Positions 10,650-20,389 of a DNA stretch of 64,000 nt are shown piece after piece (the stretch's first letter is position 1; every line of letters begins with the position of its first letter). This DNA comes from an uncultured Candidatus Rokubacteria bacterium (GTDB lineage: Bacteria > Methylomirabilota > Methylomirabilia > Rokubacteriales > CSP1-6), in NCBI GenBank assembly GCA_963747235.1, contig CAVVEU010000015.1:44664-108663 (forward strand), read 5' to 3'. The notes beneath the pieces are model-generated. The model was not told the DNA's origin and searched no databases. It saw only the letters and a list, made by a program, of their open reading frames with translations. The position numbers were made by a program, and so were the translations under genes.

Positions 10650-11167
10650 GCGCGCCTCGTCATTGTCTGGCGTGCGGCGCCCGCCTGCGGGCCACGCGCC
10701 AGGACGGCTTCCGCCGGTGGCGGTGCCCCCGCTGCGGGTGGATCTTCTACAACAACCCGGTGCCCGCGACGGTGGCCATCGTGGTGGGGCCGCGGGGCAT
10801 CCTCCTGTGCCGGCGGGCCGCCGCGCCCTACGCGGGTTACTGGGACCTGGCCGGGGGCTTCCTCGAGGTGGACGAGACGCCGGAGCGCGGGCTGCGCCGC
10901 GAGCTGCGCGAGGAGCTCGGCGCGCGCGTTCGGCGGGCGCGCTTCCGCGGCTTCGTGCCGGATCGCTACGGCCCCGACGGCTTCCCGGTGCTGGGGATCG
11001 TCTACGAGGTGCGCGTGGCCGGACGGCTCACGCCGGGGAGCGACGTGAGCGAGGTGCGCTGGGTGAGGCGCGACGCGATTCCGTGGCGGCGGCTCGGCTT
11101 CGCCTCGATCCGCCGGGCGCTCCGCGACTATCTGCGGGGCGGAGACCAGAAGATCACGTTGCGGTGA
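10646..11167 (+). CDS. NUDIX hydrolase with N-terminal zinc ribbon
   Basis: CxxC...CxxC, YNNP, Nudix box GGFLEVDETPERGLRRELREELG; GTG overlaps the upstream stop. Confidence 0.85.
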   Translation: MSAPRHCLACGARLRATRQDGFRRWRCPRCGWIFYNNPVPATVAIVVGPRGILLCRRAAAPYAGYWDLAGGFLEVDETPERGLRRELREELGARVRRARFRGFVPDRYGPDGFPVLGIVYEVRVAGRLTPGSDVSEVRWVRRDAIPWRRLGFASIRRALRDYLRGGDQKITLR

Positions 11168-11583
11168 CCCGGCTCGTGCCGGAGCACGAGCACCAGGTTG
11201 CGCGTGAGATGGCCGAAGGCGGCCACCGCGGCCAGCGCGAGCACGACACCACCGGCCGGCACGAGCACGGGCGCGCTGCTCGCGCCCCAGACACGCCACG
11301 CGAGCCCCACCGCGACCGCGCCCAGCCCCAGCGTGGACTCGAGGCACGTGCGCACCTCGCCCGGATGCGGATCAGCCGTCGCCGCCACACGCGGCGCCTC
11401 CAGCGCCAGGCGGGCCAGATCGCGCGCGAGTCCCGCGCCGAGTAGCGCGACGCCCGCGCAGACGAGCATCATCGGCCGGGTGAGCGCGATCTGCCACGCC
11501 GGCCGGGCCAGCAGCAGGACGAGACCCGCCGCGAGCGCAGCCAGATCCAGGACGCGCTCGACCCGCGCGATGCGTGGCTCCAT
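11128..11583 (-). CDS. Hypothetical membrane protein
   Basis: About four hydrophobic segments; CLESTLG motif; GC-rich third codon positions. Confidence 0.55.
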   Translation of the reverse strand: MEPRIARVERVLDLAALAAGLVLLLARPAWQIALTRPMMLVCAGVALLGAGLARDLARLALEAPRVAATADPHPGEVRTCLESTLGLGAVAVGLAWRVWGASSAPVLVPAGGVVLALAAVAAFGHLTRNLVLVLRHEPGHRNVIFWSPPRR

Positions 11584-11714
11584 GGGCCCATGCTGGCACA
11601 GAGCAACCCTTGCGCTGTCCGAACTCTGACGGGGCTGCCGTCGCCCTGACGATCCCGAGATGACGGCCCGGGGGCAATCTCCTGACATTCCAGATGTTTA
11701 GGACCCATGCGCCG

Positions 11715-11729
11715 TGGCATGTCCCATGC
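11715..11729 (+). promoter_or_regulatory. Putative sigma54 promoter
   Basis: TGGCAT-N5-ATGC (-24/-12), upstream of ORF 11792. Confidence 0.4.
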
Positions 11730-11791
11730 GATGAAGGCGGCACCGAGACACGACGGCGCAAGCCGATCCGAGATGGGCAAAGGAGCAACAC

Positions 11792-12013
11792 ATGGCGCAG
11801 ACCGAGGATGTCCTGGCCGAGTACGTCGAGCGGCTGTTCGCGAAGGCGAGCTTGCTGAGTCTGGCGGTGCTGGGACACGGCCGCATGCTGGAGGACGGCT
11901 GTCTGCGGCCGGACGGGAATCGCCTCGATCAGCTCCAGTCCCTGGCCACCGAGCTCGAGTTCGGCCTGGGCATGATCCACGACCGGCTCACCGAGCGCGG
12001 CGAGCTCGCCTGA
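11792..12013 (+). CDS. Small hypothetical protein
   Basis: AAGGAG RBS, 73 aa, typical codon usage. Confidence 0.6.
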   Translation: MAQTEDVLAEYVERLFAKASLLSLAVLGHGRMLEDGCLRPDGNRLDQLQSLATELEFGLGMIHDRLTERGELA

Positions 12014-12027
12014 GCGCCCGGCGCGTC

Positions 12028-12609
12028 ATGCGGTCGCGCATCGCTCGTGTCGTCACGCTGGCCTTGGCGCTGCTGCCGCTCGGCTGCGCGCGCCCCATCG
12101 AGCCGGCGCGCGTGACCGTGGTCACGGCGGCCGCCCCCGCCCCCGTGACCGCCCCGCCGCCCGCGCCCACCTGGCCGGACGCGGCGCCGGCCCCCGACCT
12201 CCCCACCCCCGAGGGCACCGCCGAGACCTTCATCGCGCGCGCGGAGCTCCCCGACGTGCACTTCGCCTCGGGCGAGATCCAGGTCGACCGGCGCGAGCTC
12301 GCGGCGCTCGACGCGGCGGCCGCCTGGCTCAAGGCCAACCCGGGCCAGCTCGTGATCGTCGAGGGCTACACCGACGTGGTCGGCCCGCGCGCCGCCAACC
12401 TGGCGCTGGCCCAGCGCCGCGCGCGGTGGGTGATGGACTACCTGGTGACGAAGGGCGTGCCCGCCGAGCGGATCACCGCGGTGGCGCGCGGGGAAAGCGG
12501 CACGGTCTGCGCAGACCGGTCCGCGGCCTGCCAGGGCCGCAACCGGCGCGTGCACTTCCTGGTCCGCGAGAGCGGACCGCTCCAGCTCAGCGCGTCGCCC
12601 AGCCGCTGA
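12028..12609 (+). CDS. OmpA/Pal-family peptidoglycan-binding lipoprotein
   Basis: Lipobox PLGC, VEGYTD..G...NLALAQRRA, RNRRV. Confidence 0.85.
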   Translation: MRSRIARVVTLALALLPLGCARPIEPARVTVVTAAAPAPVTAPPPAPTWPDAAPAPDLPTPEGTAETFIARAELPDVHFASGEIQVDRRELAALDAAAAWLKANPGQLVIVEGYTDVVGPRAANLALAQRRARWVMDYLVTKGVPAERITAVARGESGTVCADRSAACQGRNRRVHFLVRESGPLQLSASPSR

Positions 12610-13549
12610 GGCAGGCGAGCGCGTCCGCCCGGCCGCGCTCGAGCGCCCGCGCGATTCCTTCCTGATCGAAGTCGAGCGGCCGCAGCGCGAGCGGCGCCGA
12701 CGGCTGCAGCAGGTGCACCTCCACTCCCGGGAACTTGAGCCGGGCCAGCTCCACGTCCCGCCGGATCTGGTGGATCATCCCCATCTCGAACGCCTCTTCC
12801 AGCGCGCGGCGCATCGTGGTGGGCGGCGCGCCGCGCTCGTCCGGCGCGTAGCTCATCACCACCACGGCCCGGCCCACGCCCGGCTCCGCGGCGAGCGCCT
12901 CCAGCACCGGCGCGCGGCCGGTCAGCCCACCGTCCACCAGGAGCGTGCCGCCCACGTCCACCGCGGGGAACGCGCCGGGCACCGCCGCCGCCGCCATCAG
13001 GGCCTCGCGGGTGATGGTCTGGTTGTCGAAGAGGCGCGGCTCGCGCCGGGCCAGGTCGCTCGTGATCACGAGGAGGCGCACCGGAGAGGCGCGGACGCGG
13101 TCGAGATCGAGCGAGGCGTCGATCAGCTCGCCCAGCGGCCCCGGGTCGAAGAGGGAGCCCGCGCGATCCAGGGCGAGCAGGGTGAGCCAGCCCGGCAGCA
13201 GGCCCGCGAAGAGCACGCGCGTGCGGAGCGAGTAGACCCGGTCGCGCGAGAGGCCGCGCCAGAGCGCCTCCAGGCGCTCCATGCGGCCGTCGGCGATCAT
13301 GGCCGCGTTCAGCGCGCCCGCGGAGGAGCCGGCCACCAGCCGGATCGGCAGGCCGCGCTCGACGAAGACGGCGGCCACGCCCGCCTCGTAGGCGCCCTTG
13401 GCGCCGCCGCCCGAGAGCACGAGCGCGGTGGGCACGTCGAGCGGGCGCGTGGACGGCCCGCACGCGGACGCGGCCGCGGAGCCGGCGCCCAGGGCGAGCC
13501 CGAGGAGAGCGACTTCGAGTAGCCGCGCGATCGCGAGGTGTGAAGGCAT
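12587..13549 (-). CDS. Patatin-like phospholipase
   Basis: GGGAKG, GSSAG and DGG motifs. Confidence 0.9.
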   Translation of the reverse strand: MPSHLAIARLLEVALLGLALGAGSAAASACGPSTRPLDVPTALVLSGGGAKGAYEAGVAAVFVERGLPIRLVAGSSAGALNAAMIADGRMERLEALWRGLSRDRVYSLRTRVLFAGLLPGWLTLLALDRAGSLFDPGPLGELIDASLDLDRVRASPVRLLVITSDLARREPRLFDNQTITREALMAAAAVPGAFPAVDVGGTLLVDGGLTGRAPVLEALAAEPGVGRAVVVMSYAPDERGAPPTTMRRALEEAFEMGMIHQIRRDVELARLKFPGVEVHLLQPSAPLALRPLDFDQEGIARALERGRADALACLSGWATR

Positions 13550-13576
13550 GGCCCGGCTCTTACAACGAGCCGGGCC
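13550..13576. terminator. Intergenic hairpin (terminator-like)
   Basis: GGCCCGGCTC-ttacaac-GAGCCGGGCC perfect 10-bp stem between the response regulator and patatin genes. Confidence 0.45.
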
Positions 13577-13603
13577 TTCGCGTCAAATGGAGCGGGCGCG
13601 GGA

Positions 13604-13990
13604 CTAGCGGGCGGGCGTGGCCTCGGGCTGACGGTCCAGCACCATCCGCACGCGCCGGGAGAGGTACTCGGTGGTGAACGGCTTGGTGATGACCGGGCCG
13701 ATCGGGTTGAGCCCGCTCGTGACGAGGAAGTCGCGGTCGTAGGCGGACATGAACATCACCTTCAAGCCGGGCAGCAGCGCGACGAGCCCGGCCGCGAGCT
13801 CGCAGCCGTTCATCCCGGGCATCACCACGTCGGACAACAGCATGTGGATCGGGCCCGGGTGCTCGGCCGCGACGCGGATCGCGTCCTGGCCGTCCGCGGC
13901 TTCGAGCACCCGATACCCTTCACCGGCCAGCACGTCGCGGGCGAGCACCCGCACCCACGGATCGTCGTCCACCACGAGGATGGTACGCAT
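13604..13990 (-). CDS. Single-domain response regulator
   Basis: ILVVDDD, SDVVMPGMNG, MSAY, KPF. Confidence 0.9.
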   Translation of the reverse strand: MRTILVVDDDPWVRVLARDVLAGEGYRVLEAADGQDAIRVAAEHPGPIHMLLSDVVMPGMNGCELAAGLVALLPGLKVMFMSAYDRDFLVTSGLNPIGPVITKPFTTEYLSRRVRMVLDRQPEATPAR

Positions 13991-14331
13991 CAGCTCGCCC
14001 GCCGGCGCCGCACGCGGGCCTGGATCTTGGCGGGCCCCGCGGCGAGGCGCGCATCGCTCTCCGCGCGCTTCGCGCGCAGCCGCTCCAGCCAGAGGGGGCG
14101 TGGCATCGCGGCGACGTGGACCGCGCGGTCCACGTTGACGTTGCCGATCACGACGGGAGCCTTCTCCGAGCGCTCGCGGTTGAGCCAGGACTCGAGCGGA
14201 TAGAACTCGATACTGCCGCAGGTCGGGCAGTTCCGGAACATGGCCGAGTCGAACACGGTATTGCAATCGAGCTCCATGCAGAGCTTCGCGAATCGTAGAT
14301 CGATGCGTGGCAGGTCTCGTTCGAAACTCAT
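13990..14331 (-). CDS. Small zinc-ribbon hypothetical protein
   Basis: C-x4-C...CPTC; GGAGG RBS; TGATG coupling to the response regulator. Confidence 0.65.
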   Translation of the reverse strand: MSFERDLPRIDLRFAKLCMELDCNTVFDSAMFRNCPTCGSIEFYPLESWLNRERSEKAPVVIGNVNVDRAVHVAAMPRPLWLERLRAKRAESDARLAAGPAKIQARVRRRRAS

Positions 14332-14486
14332 CCGATCCTCCCGTGGTGGCGGCTAGCCCCACTATCTCTGTGACCAGGCAGGCCGGAGAGCCCGGGGGCC
14401 GGTACAACCCGCCGGTGGAGAAGGGACCGACAAATTATCCCGACCACCGCGCTTCCGACCTGCCTGATCCGTACGCTCTCCTAGGG

Positions 14487-14501
14487 GCAAGTCCTGTACC
14501 A
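14487..14501 (-). promoter_or_regulatory. Putative sigma54 promoter
   Basis: Minus strand TGGTAC-AGGAC-TTGC upstream of the zinc-ribbon/response regulator pair. Confidence 0.55.
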
Positions 14502-14691
14502 GAAGGGATGCGTCGTAGAATCAGCGGCTTGCCGACCGGCCGCCCGAGCGAGTTCCCCCGTTCTTCCGTGGGTGGGCAACGAACTACCCTATTGGTGGGT
14601 CGGTCCTCTCTCCGCACATTCTGCGGAGTGAGTAAGCACACGCGGGGGCCGTCTTGACAGCGCGCGCGCACGCCCCGCATGATCTTCATGG

Positions 14692-15990
14692 ATGGCTTCG
14701 GACGATCTCGCTTCCCTCCTCGCCGGCCGCGCGGCCACGCTCATCGCGGACGGCTCGCTCTCCCCGGTGGATCTGCTCGAGTCGTGCCTCGCGCGCATCG
14801 CGGCGCGCGACGCGGAGATCCGCGCGTGGGTGCACGTGGACGAGGCGGGTGCGCGCGCCGTCGCGCGCGAGCGCCACGCGGAGGCCCGCGCGGGCCGGTC
14901 GCGCGGACCGCTGCACGGCGTGCCGGTGGGCATCAAGGACATCATTCACGTGGCGGGCCTCACCACCACGTGCGGCGCCGCGCCCGCCTTTCACGTCGCC
15001 GCGACCGAGGACGCCGCCGCGGTGGCGCGGCTCCGCGCGGCGGGCGCGATCATCCTCGGCAAGGCGCACACCACCGAGTTCGCGTACTTCGAGCCCGGCC
15101 CCACGCGCAATCCGTGGAATACCGCGCACACGCCGGGCGGCTCGTCCTCGGGCTCGGCGGCGGCGGTGGCCGCGCGCATGGCGCCGCTGGCCCTCGGCAC
15201 CCAGACGGTCGGCTCGGTGCTGCGGCCCGCCGCCTACTGCGGCGTGGTGGGCTTCAAGGGCACGCACGGCCTGATTCCCACCGAGGGCGTGGTGCCGCTC
15301 GCGTGGAGCCTCGACCACGTCGGCGTCTTCGCGCGCGCGGTCGCGGACGTGGCCCTCACCGCCGGGGTGCTCGCGGGGCGCCCGCTCGCCGGCCCCGCGG
15401 CGCGGCCGCCGCGGCTTGCGCTCGCGCCCGAGCTGGTGGACCGCGCCACCCCGGAGACCGCGGCCGAGGTGCGCGCGGCCGCGGCGCGCCTCGCGCGGGC
15501 GGGCGCGACCATCGAGGAGGTGAAGCTGCCCCCGTCGTTCGCGGGCGTGCACGCGGCGGGGCGCGAGGTGCTCGAGGTGGAGGCGAGCGCCTATCACGAG
15601 GAGCTCTACCGGGCCCACGCCGCCGCGTACCGGCCGCGCACCCGCGAGCTGATCGCGGGCGGGCTCGCGCGCCCCGCGGTGGCCTACGCGCGCGCACAGC
15701 GCGCCCGCCTCGCCTTCCGCGAGGAGGTCATGCCGCTGCTCGCGGCCCACGACGCGCTGCTCTCGCCGACCGCGCCGGCCCCCGCGCCGGAAGGGCTCGC
15801 GACGGGCGATCCGTGGTTCTGCGCGCCGTGGAGCTTCGCGGGCGCGCCCGCGTGCTCGCTGCCGAGCGGCGTGTCCGCGCTCGGGCTGCCGCACGCGGTG
15901 CAGCTCGTCGCGGCGGCGGAGCGGGACGCGGAGCTGCTCGCGGTGGCCGCGTGGTGCGAGCGCGTGCTAGACTTCAAGCTCTCCCCATAG
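14692..15990 (+). CDS. Amidase signature family enzyme
   Basis: GIKD, GGSSSGSAAAVA, GTQTVGSVLRPA; TTGACA...CATGAT promoter just upstream. Confidence 0.92.
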   Translation: MASDDLASLLAGRAATLIADGSLSPVDLLESCLARIAARDAEIRAWVHVDEAGARAVARERHAEARAGRSRGPLHGVPVGIKDIIHVAGLTTTCGAAPAFHVAATEDAAAVARLRAAGAIILGKAHTTEFAYFEPGPTRNPWNTAHTPGGSSSGSAAAVAARMAPLALGTQTVGSVLRPAAYCGVVGFKGTHGLIPTEGVVPLAWSLDHVGVFARAVADVALTAGVLAGRPLAGPAARPPRLALAPELVDRATPETAAEVRAAAARLARAGATIEEVKLPPSFAGVHAAGREVLEVEASAYHEELYRAHAAAYRPRTRELIAGGLARPAVAYARAQRARLAFREEVMPLLAAHDALLSPTAPAPAPEGLATGDPWFCAPWSFAGAPACSLPSGVSALGLPHAVQLVAAAERDAELLAVAAWCERVLDFKLSP

Positions 15991-16041
15991 GAACCGATCG
16001 TCGAATGGAACGGACGCGGTAGAAGGGCGGTTGATCAGTCA

Positions 16042-19000
16042 GTGGCAGACTCCAGTCCCCGGTTCGCGCTGAAGCGCATCTTCTCCTTCTCGCGCTCTGC
16101 CTCCACGCGCGGCCTCACCCCCAGCCAGCCCGCCCTCGCCACCGGCGTGATGAGCGAGGACGTGCTCACCGGCGCGTCGCGGCGGTCCTGGGTCGCGCGG
16201 ATGCGCGAGCTGCTGCACCGGCGGTACGTCCTCTTCCCGCTGATCGTGGTGGTCCTGGCCCTCGCCACGCTCGTGGAGGTGCGCACCTCCACGATGCAGG
16301 CCCTCGTGCTCTCGCGCGCGGCCGCCTGGCTGACCTACCGCGTGGACGCGGGCCCGAGCAAGGCCATCCGCTTCCCGCGGACCGGCCCCTACGACGAGCG
16401 GCTCGGCTACACCCGCCTCGGCGGCTTCGTCGAGCGGCTCGAGGGCGCGGGCTACCGCGTCGAGCGCCAGGCGCGGCTCTCGCCCGGCCTCGACCGGCTC
16501 GCCGCGTGGGGCGTCGCGCTGCCCTACCGGGAGAAGACGCGCGCGGGGCTCGCGGTCCTCGATCGGGAGGAGAAGCCGCTCTACGCCACGCGCTACCCCG
16601 AGGAGGTCTACGAGCGCTTCGAGGCGGTGCCGACCCTCCTCGTCAACACCGTGCTCTTCATCGAGAACCGCGAGCTCCTGGACGCGGGCCACCCCTTCCG
16701 CAACCCGGTGGTGGACTGGCGGCGGCTCGCCAAGGCGGTGGGGGTCGAGACGCTCGGGCGCCTGGGCGGCGAGCGGCACTCCATCGGGGCGAGCACGCTG
16801 CCCACCCAGCTCGAGAAGCTCCGGCACTCGCCGGACGGGCGCACGCGCCACCCGGGCGACAAGCTGCACCAGATGATCACGGCGAGCCTGCGCGCCTACC
16901 AGGGCGGCGTGCAGACGCGGGCCGCGCGCCGGCAGATCCTGGTGGACTATCTCGACTCGCTCCCCCTCGCCGCCGCGCCCGGTCACGGCGAGGTGCACGG
17001 CATGGGCGACGGCCTGCGCGTCTGGTACGGTCTCGACTTCGCGGAGGCCAACGCGCTCCTCGAGGCCAAGCCCGGGGTCTCCGACGCGGCGCGGGCCCGC
17101 GTCTTCAAGCGCGCGCTCAGCCTCATCCTCGCGGTGCGGCGGCCCTACCACTACCTGGTCGAGAACCCGCGCGGCCTCGAGGAGTTCACCGACAGCTACC
17201 TGCGCGTGATGGCCCGCGCGGGCGTGATCGACGCGCGGCTGCGCGACGCCGCGCTCGCGGAGCGGCTCGAGCCGCGCGCGGGCAGCGGGCCCGCCACGAT
17301 GGCCTTCGTGGAGCGCAAGGGCGCCAACCTGGTGCGCAGCCGGCTCACCACCCTGCTGAACGTGCCCGCCCTCTACGATCTCGACCGGCTCGACGTCACC
17401 GCCTACAGCACGCTGGACGCGCCCGGCCAGGCGGCGGCCTCGCGGCTCCTGCGGTCGCTGCGCGAGCCCGCGACCCTCGAGCGCCTCGGGCTCGTGGGCG
17501 AGAAGCTCCTGGGCGGCGGCGATCCCGCGCGCGTGCTCTACAGCGTCACGATCTACGAGCGCGGCCCCCACGCCAACCGGATCCGCATCCAGACCGACAA
17601 CCTCGACCAGCCGCTCGACATCAACGGGGGCGCGCGGATCGACCTGGGCTCCACCGCCAAGCTCCGCACCCTGATCTCGTATCTCGAGGCGATCGCGGTG
17701 CTCCACGACCGGTACGCCCGCCTCGCGCCGGCCGAGCTGGCCGCGGCGCGCCCGCATCCCAAGGACCGCATGGGCGCGTGGGCGCTCGAGTACCTCACCG
17801 CCGCGCGCGGGACCGACAAGACGCTCCAGGCCATGCTCGAGGCCTCGCTCGAGCGCAAGTACTCCGCGAGCCCGGCGGAGGCCTTCTTCACCGGCGGCGG
17901 GCTCCACACCTTCGGCAACTTCGACCGCGAGGACGACCGCAAGGTGATGACGATCCGCGAGGCCTTCCAGAACTCGGTGAACCTCGTCTTCATCCGCCTG
18001 ATGCGCGACGTGGTCACCAACCACCTCTACGGCTCCGAGAGCTCGCTGGCGGTGCGCCTGGCCGATCCCCTCGACCCGCGCCGCGATCGCTACCTGACCC
18101 GCTTCGCGGATCGGGAGGGCAGCGAGTTCGTCCGGCGCTTCTACCGGAAGTACCAGGGCCTGGCCCTCGACGCCCAGCTCGAGCTCGTGCTGAGCGGCGC
18201 GCGCGCCACCCCCAACGGGCTGGCCACCGCGCTGCGCTCGGTGTACCCCGAGGTCAGCTTCGAGGTCTTCCGCGAGATGCTCACCCCGCGCTTGCCCGGC
18301 CGCGGCCTGTCCGACAAGATGATCGAGGAGCTCTACGAGCGGGCGGACCCGCAGGCGATGCCGCTCGCCGATCGCGGCTACGTGGCCGGCGTGCATCCCC
18401 TCGAGCTGTGGCTCGCGGGCTACCTGCGGCGGCACCCGGGCGCGGGCATCACGCAGGTGGTGCGGGCCAGCAGCGCCGAGCGCCAGGCCGTCTACGGCTG
18501 GCTCTTCTTCACGCGCCACCGCAACGCGCAGGACAATCGCATCGCGAGCCTGCTCGAGATCGAGGCCTTCCTCGATCTGCACCGGAGCTGGGAGCGGCTG
18601 GGCTATCCGTTCGCGTCGCTCACCCCGTCGCTCGCCACCGCCATCGGCAGCTCCGGCGATCGTCCGGCCGCGCTCGCCGAGCTGATGGGCATCATCCTGA
18701 ACGACGGCGTCCGCCTCCCCACCGTGCTCGTGGACGGCGTGGACTTCGGGGTGGGCACGCCCTACGAGACGCACATGGGCCGCGCGGAGGTGCCCGCGAC
18801 GCAGGTGCTGGCGCCCGAGGTGGCCACGGTGGTGCGCGGCATGCTGACCCAGGTGGTCGAGCAGGGCACCGCGCGCGGCCTCCGGCCCGCGCTCGCGCAG
18901 CCGGGCGGCACCCCGCACCTGGCGGGCGGCAAGACCGGCACCGGCGATCACCGCTACTTCGTCTACGCCAAGAACGGCGCGGTGGTGGAATCGCGCGTGG

Positions 19001-19200
19001 TGAGCCGCGCCGCGACCTTCGTCTTCATGCTCGACAACCGCTACTTCGGCACCGTCACCGCCTACGTGCCGGGGCCCGAGGCCGCGCGGTTCCACTTCAC
19101 GAGCGCGCTGCCCGTGCGCGTCACCGGGCTGCTCATGCCCACGCTCGACCGCCTCTCCTCGCCGGCGCCTGCTCCCGCGGCTGCGTCCGCCTCGCCTTAG
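16042..19200 (+). CDS. Bifunctional transglycosylase/transpeptidase (class A PBP-like)
   Basis: N-terminal TM; GT51-like IENR and GASTLPTQLEK; transpeptidase STAK, SVN, KTGT. Confidence 0.85.
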   Translation: MADSSPRFALKRIFSFSRSASTRGLTPSQPALATGVMSEDVLTGASRRSWVARMRELLHRRYVLFPLIVVVLALATLVEVRTSTMQALVLSRAAAWLTYRVDAGPSKAIRFPRTGPYDERLGYTRLGGFVERLEGAGYRVERQARLSPGLDRLAAWGVALPYREKTRAGLAVLDREEKPLYATRYPEEVYERFEAVPTLLVNTVLFIENRELLDAGHPFRNPVVDWRRLAKAVGVETLGRLGGERHSIGASTLPTQLEKLRHSPDGRTRHPGDKLHQMITASLRAYQGGVQTRAARRQILVDYLDSLPLAAAPGHGEVHGMGDGLRVWYGLDFAEANALLEAKPGVSDAARARVFKRALSLILAVRRPYHYLVENPRGLEEFTDSYLRVMARAGVIDARLRDAALAERLEPRAGSGPATMAFVERKGANLVRSRLTTLLNVPALYDLDRLDVTAYSTLDAPGQAAASRLLRSLREPATLERLGLVGEKLLGGGDPARVLYSVTIYERGPHANRIRIQTDNLDQPLDINGGARIDLGSTAKLRTLISYLEAIAVLHDRYARLAPAELAAARPHPKDRMGAWALEYLTAARGTDKTLQAMLEASLERKYSASPAEAFFTGGGLHTFGNFDREDDRKVMTIREAFQNSVNLVFIRLMRDVVTNHLYGSESSLAVRLADPLDPRRDRYLTRFADREGSEFVRRFYRKYQGLALDAQLELVLSGARATPNGLATALRSVYPEVSFEVFREMLTPRLPGRGLSDKMIEELYERADPQAMPLADRGYVAGVHPLELWLAGYLRRHPGAGITQVVRASSAERQAVYGWLFFTRHRNAQDNRIASLLEIEAFLDLHRSWERLGYPFASLTPSLATAIGSSGDRPAALAELMGIILNDGVRLPTVLVDGVDFGVGTPYETHMGRAEVPATQVLAPEVATVVRGMLTQVVEQGTARGLRPALAQPGGTPHLAGGKTGTGDHRYFVYAKNGAVVESRVVSRAATFVFMLDNRYFGTVTAYVPGPEAARFHFTSALPVRVTGLLMPTLDRLSSPAPAPAAASASP

Positions 19201-19229
19201 CCTCGCGCGCTCGTCTTACCTGACCCGTC

Positions 19230-19386
19230 GGGCGGGACGCCGGGGGGCGGGGGCCCTCCCGGGAACACGCTGAGTCGCATTGCCCCGGGGCCACTCTGAC
19301 GAGCCACGAGATGGGGCGCGATTCGCTTCGCTTACGCGCAGAAGACACGGTTCCCGGGAGGGCCCCCGCCCCCCGACGCCCCACCC
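19230..19386 (-). other. Long stem-loop element (candidate ncRNA or MITE/REP)
   Basis: Perfect 26-bp inverted repeat 19241-19266/19350-19375, extended 11 bp by G-U pairs on the minus strand; inner TCGC-GCCCC/GGGGC-GCGA stem. Confidence 0.55.
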
Positions 19387-19504
19387 TATGCGCCATCGCA
19401 GCGACAGCGGTCTTGGGACGGGCGCTTCGAGCGCGGGCTTCGCCCGCGCAATCCTGTTTATAGGGGGGAGGCAGGAAGGAGTGCGCCGCAGGCGCGCGAC
19501 GACC

Positions 19505-19533
19505 GTCGGAGGGGGGCAAAGCCCCCCTCCGGC
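19505..19533. repeat. REP-like/terminator hairpin
   Basis: CGGAGGGGGGC-AAA-GCCCCCCTCCG immediately after the stop of the NHase accessory gene. Confidence 0.55.
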
Positions 19534-20375
19534 TCAGAACACTTCGTCGCGTTCGCCGAATTCGAACTGGTAGGTGGTCTCGTCCAGCTCGGTGGCGGTG
19601 ACGAGCTGCTTGCGGGCCAGGAGAGTCTTCGAAGGTCTGGAGCCAGATCTCGTAGTAGACGAACGGGGCCGGGGCGGGTTTCGGCGGCGGCGATCTGGGC
19701 GATGAGGGTCTGGCGGAATTCCTCCCAGTCGTAGAGGCCGCGCTCGTGGAGCGCGACGGCCATGCCGAAGACGCGGCCCTGCCAGGGCTCCTCGAAGACC
19801 AGCTCGCCGTTCTTGCGCGGCAGCGCGGCCTGGCCCTCCATGACCGCGACCACGCGGTCCACCGTGAGGTCCTGGCCCTCCGCGGTCATCCCGGAGGGCA
19901 TGGACTCGCAGGCGTGGGCCTGGCGCCCGCGCCAGAGGCGCGCGTCGTCCACCGGCTGGCCGTCGGGGCGCGCCTGCCAGGCGGAGGCGGTGAACTGGTA
20001 CGGCGCGAGCGCGGGCGGCGGCGGCAGGCACGCGTCGGCGTCCAGCATGGCCTCGACGTGATCGTAGAGCGCGACGGCGAGCGCGTCCGAGTCGATCGAG
20101 TGGAACCACTGGGCCTGGCCGTCGCAGAGCAGGAGCGCCACGTTGGCGAGCGCGCAGGGCCCGAGGCAGCCGCCGATGGTCAGGTGGATGACGTTGCGGA
20201 GCCGCCGCCGCTCCCATTCGCGGTGGAAGGTCTCGGTCGGGACCGGCGCGAAGCCGTCCTCGGTGCGGCCGCAGCAGCAGCCGGTGGCGCAGATGAAGAG
20301 CTGGCCCCGGAAGCGCGCCACGTTCACGCGCCGCCCGTCGCGGCGCACCACGATGTTGCGCCGGCGCTCGTACAC
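19534..20375 (-). CDS. Nitrile hydratase accessory/activator protein with N-terminal Cys-rich thioredoxin-like (2Fe-2S ferredoxin-type) domain (frameshifts near 19625, 19670)
   Basis: N-term ICATGCCCG...GGCLGPCALAN; C-term LPRKNGELVFEEPWQGRVFGMAVALHE..YDWEEFRQTLI...YYEIWL (P14K/NhhG-like). Confidence 0.8.
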
Positions 20376-20389
20376 GGAGCCGTCGCCGC

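Noticed and set aside
16039-19095. Long antisense or alternate-frame ORFs (e.g. 16039-19095 -, 23012-25531 +, 37857-40196 -)
   Set aside because: These are shadow ORFs typical of high-GC DNA. They overlap well-supported genes and have no recognisable motifs.
19296-19325. Hammerhead ribozyme core (CTGACGAG plus short stem)
   Set aside because: The required GAAA after stem II is absent.
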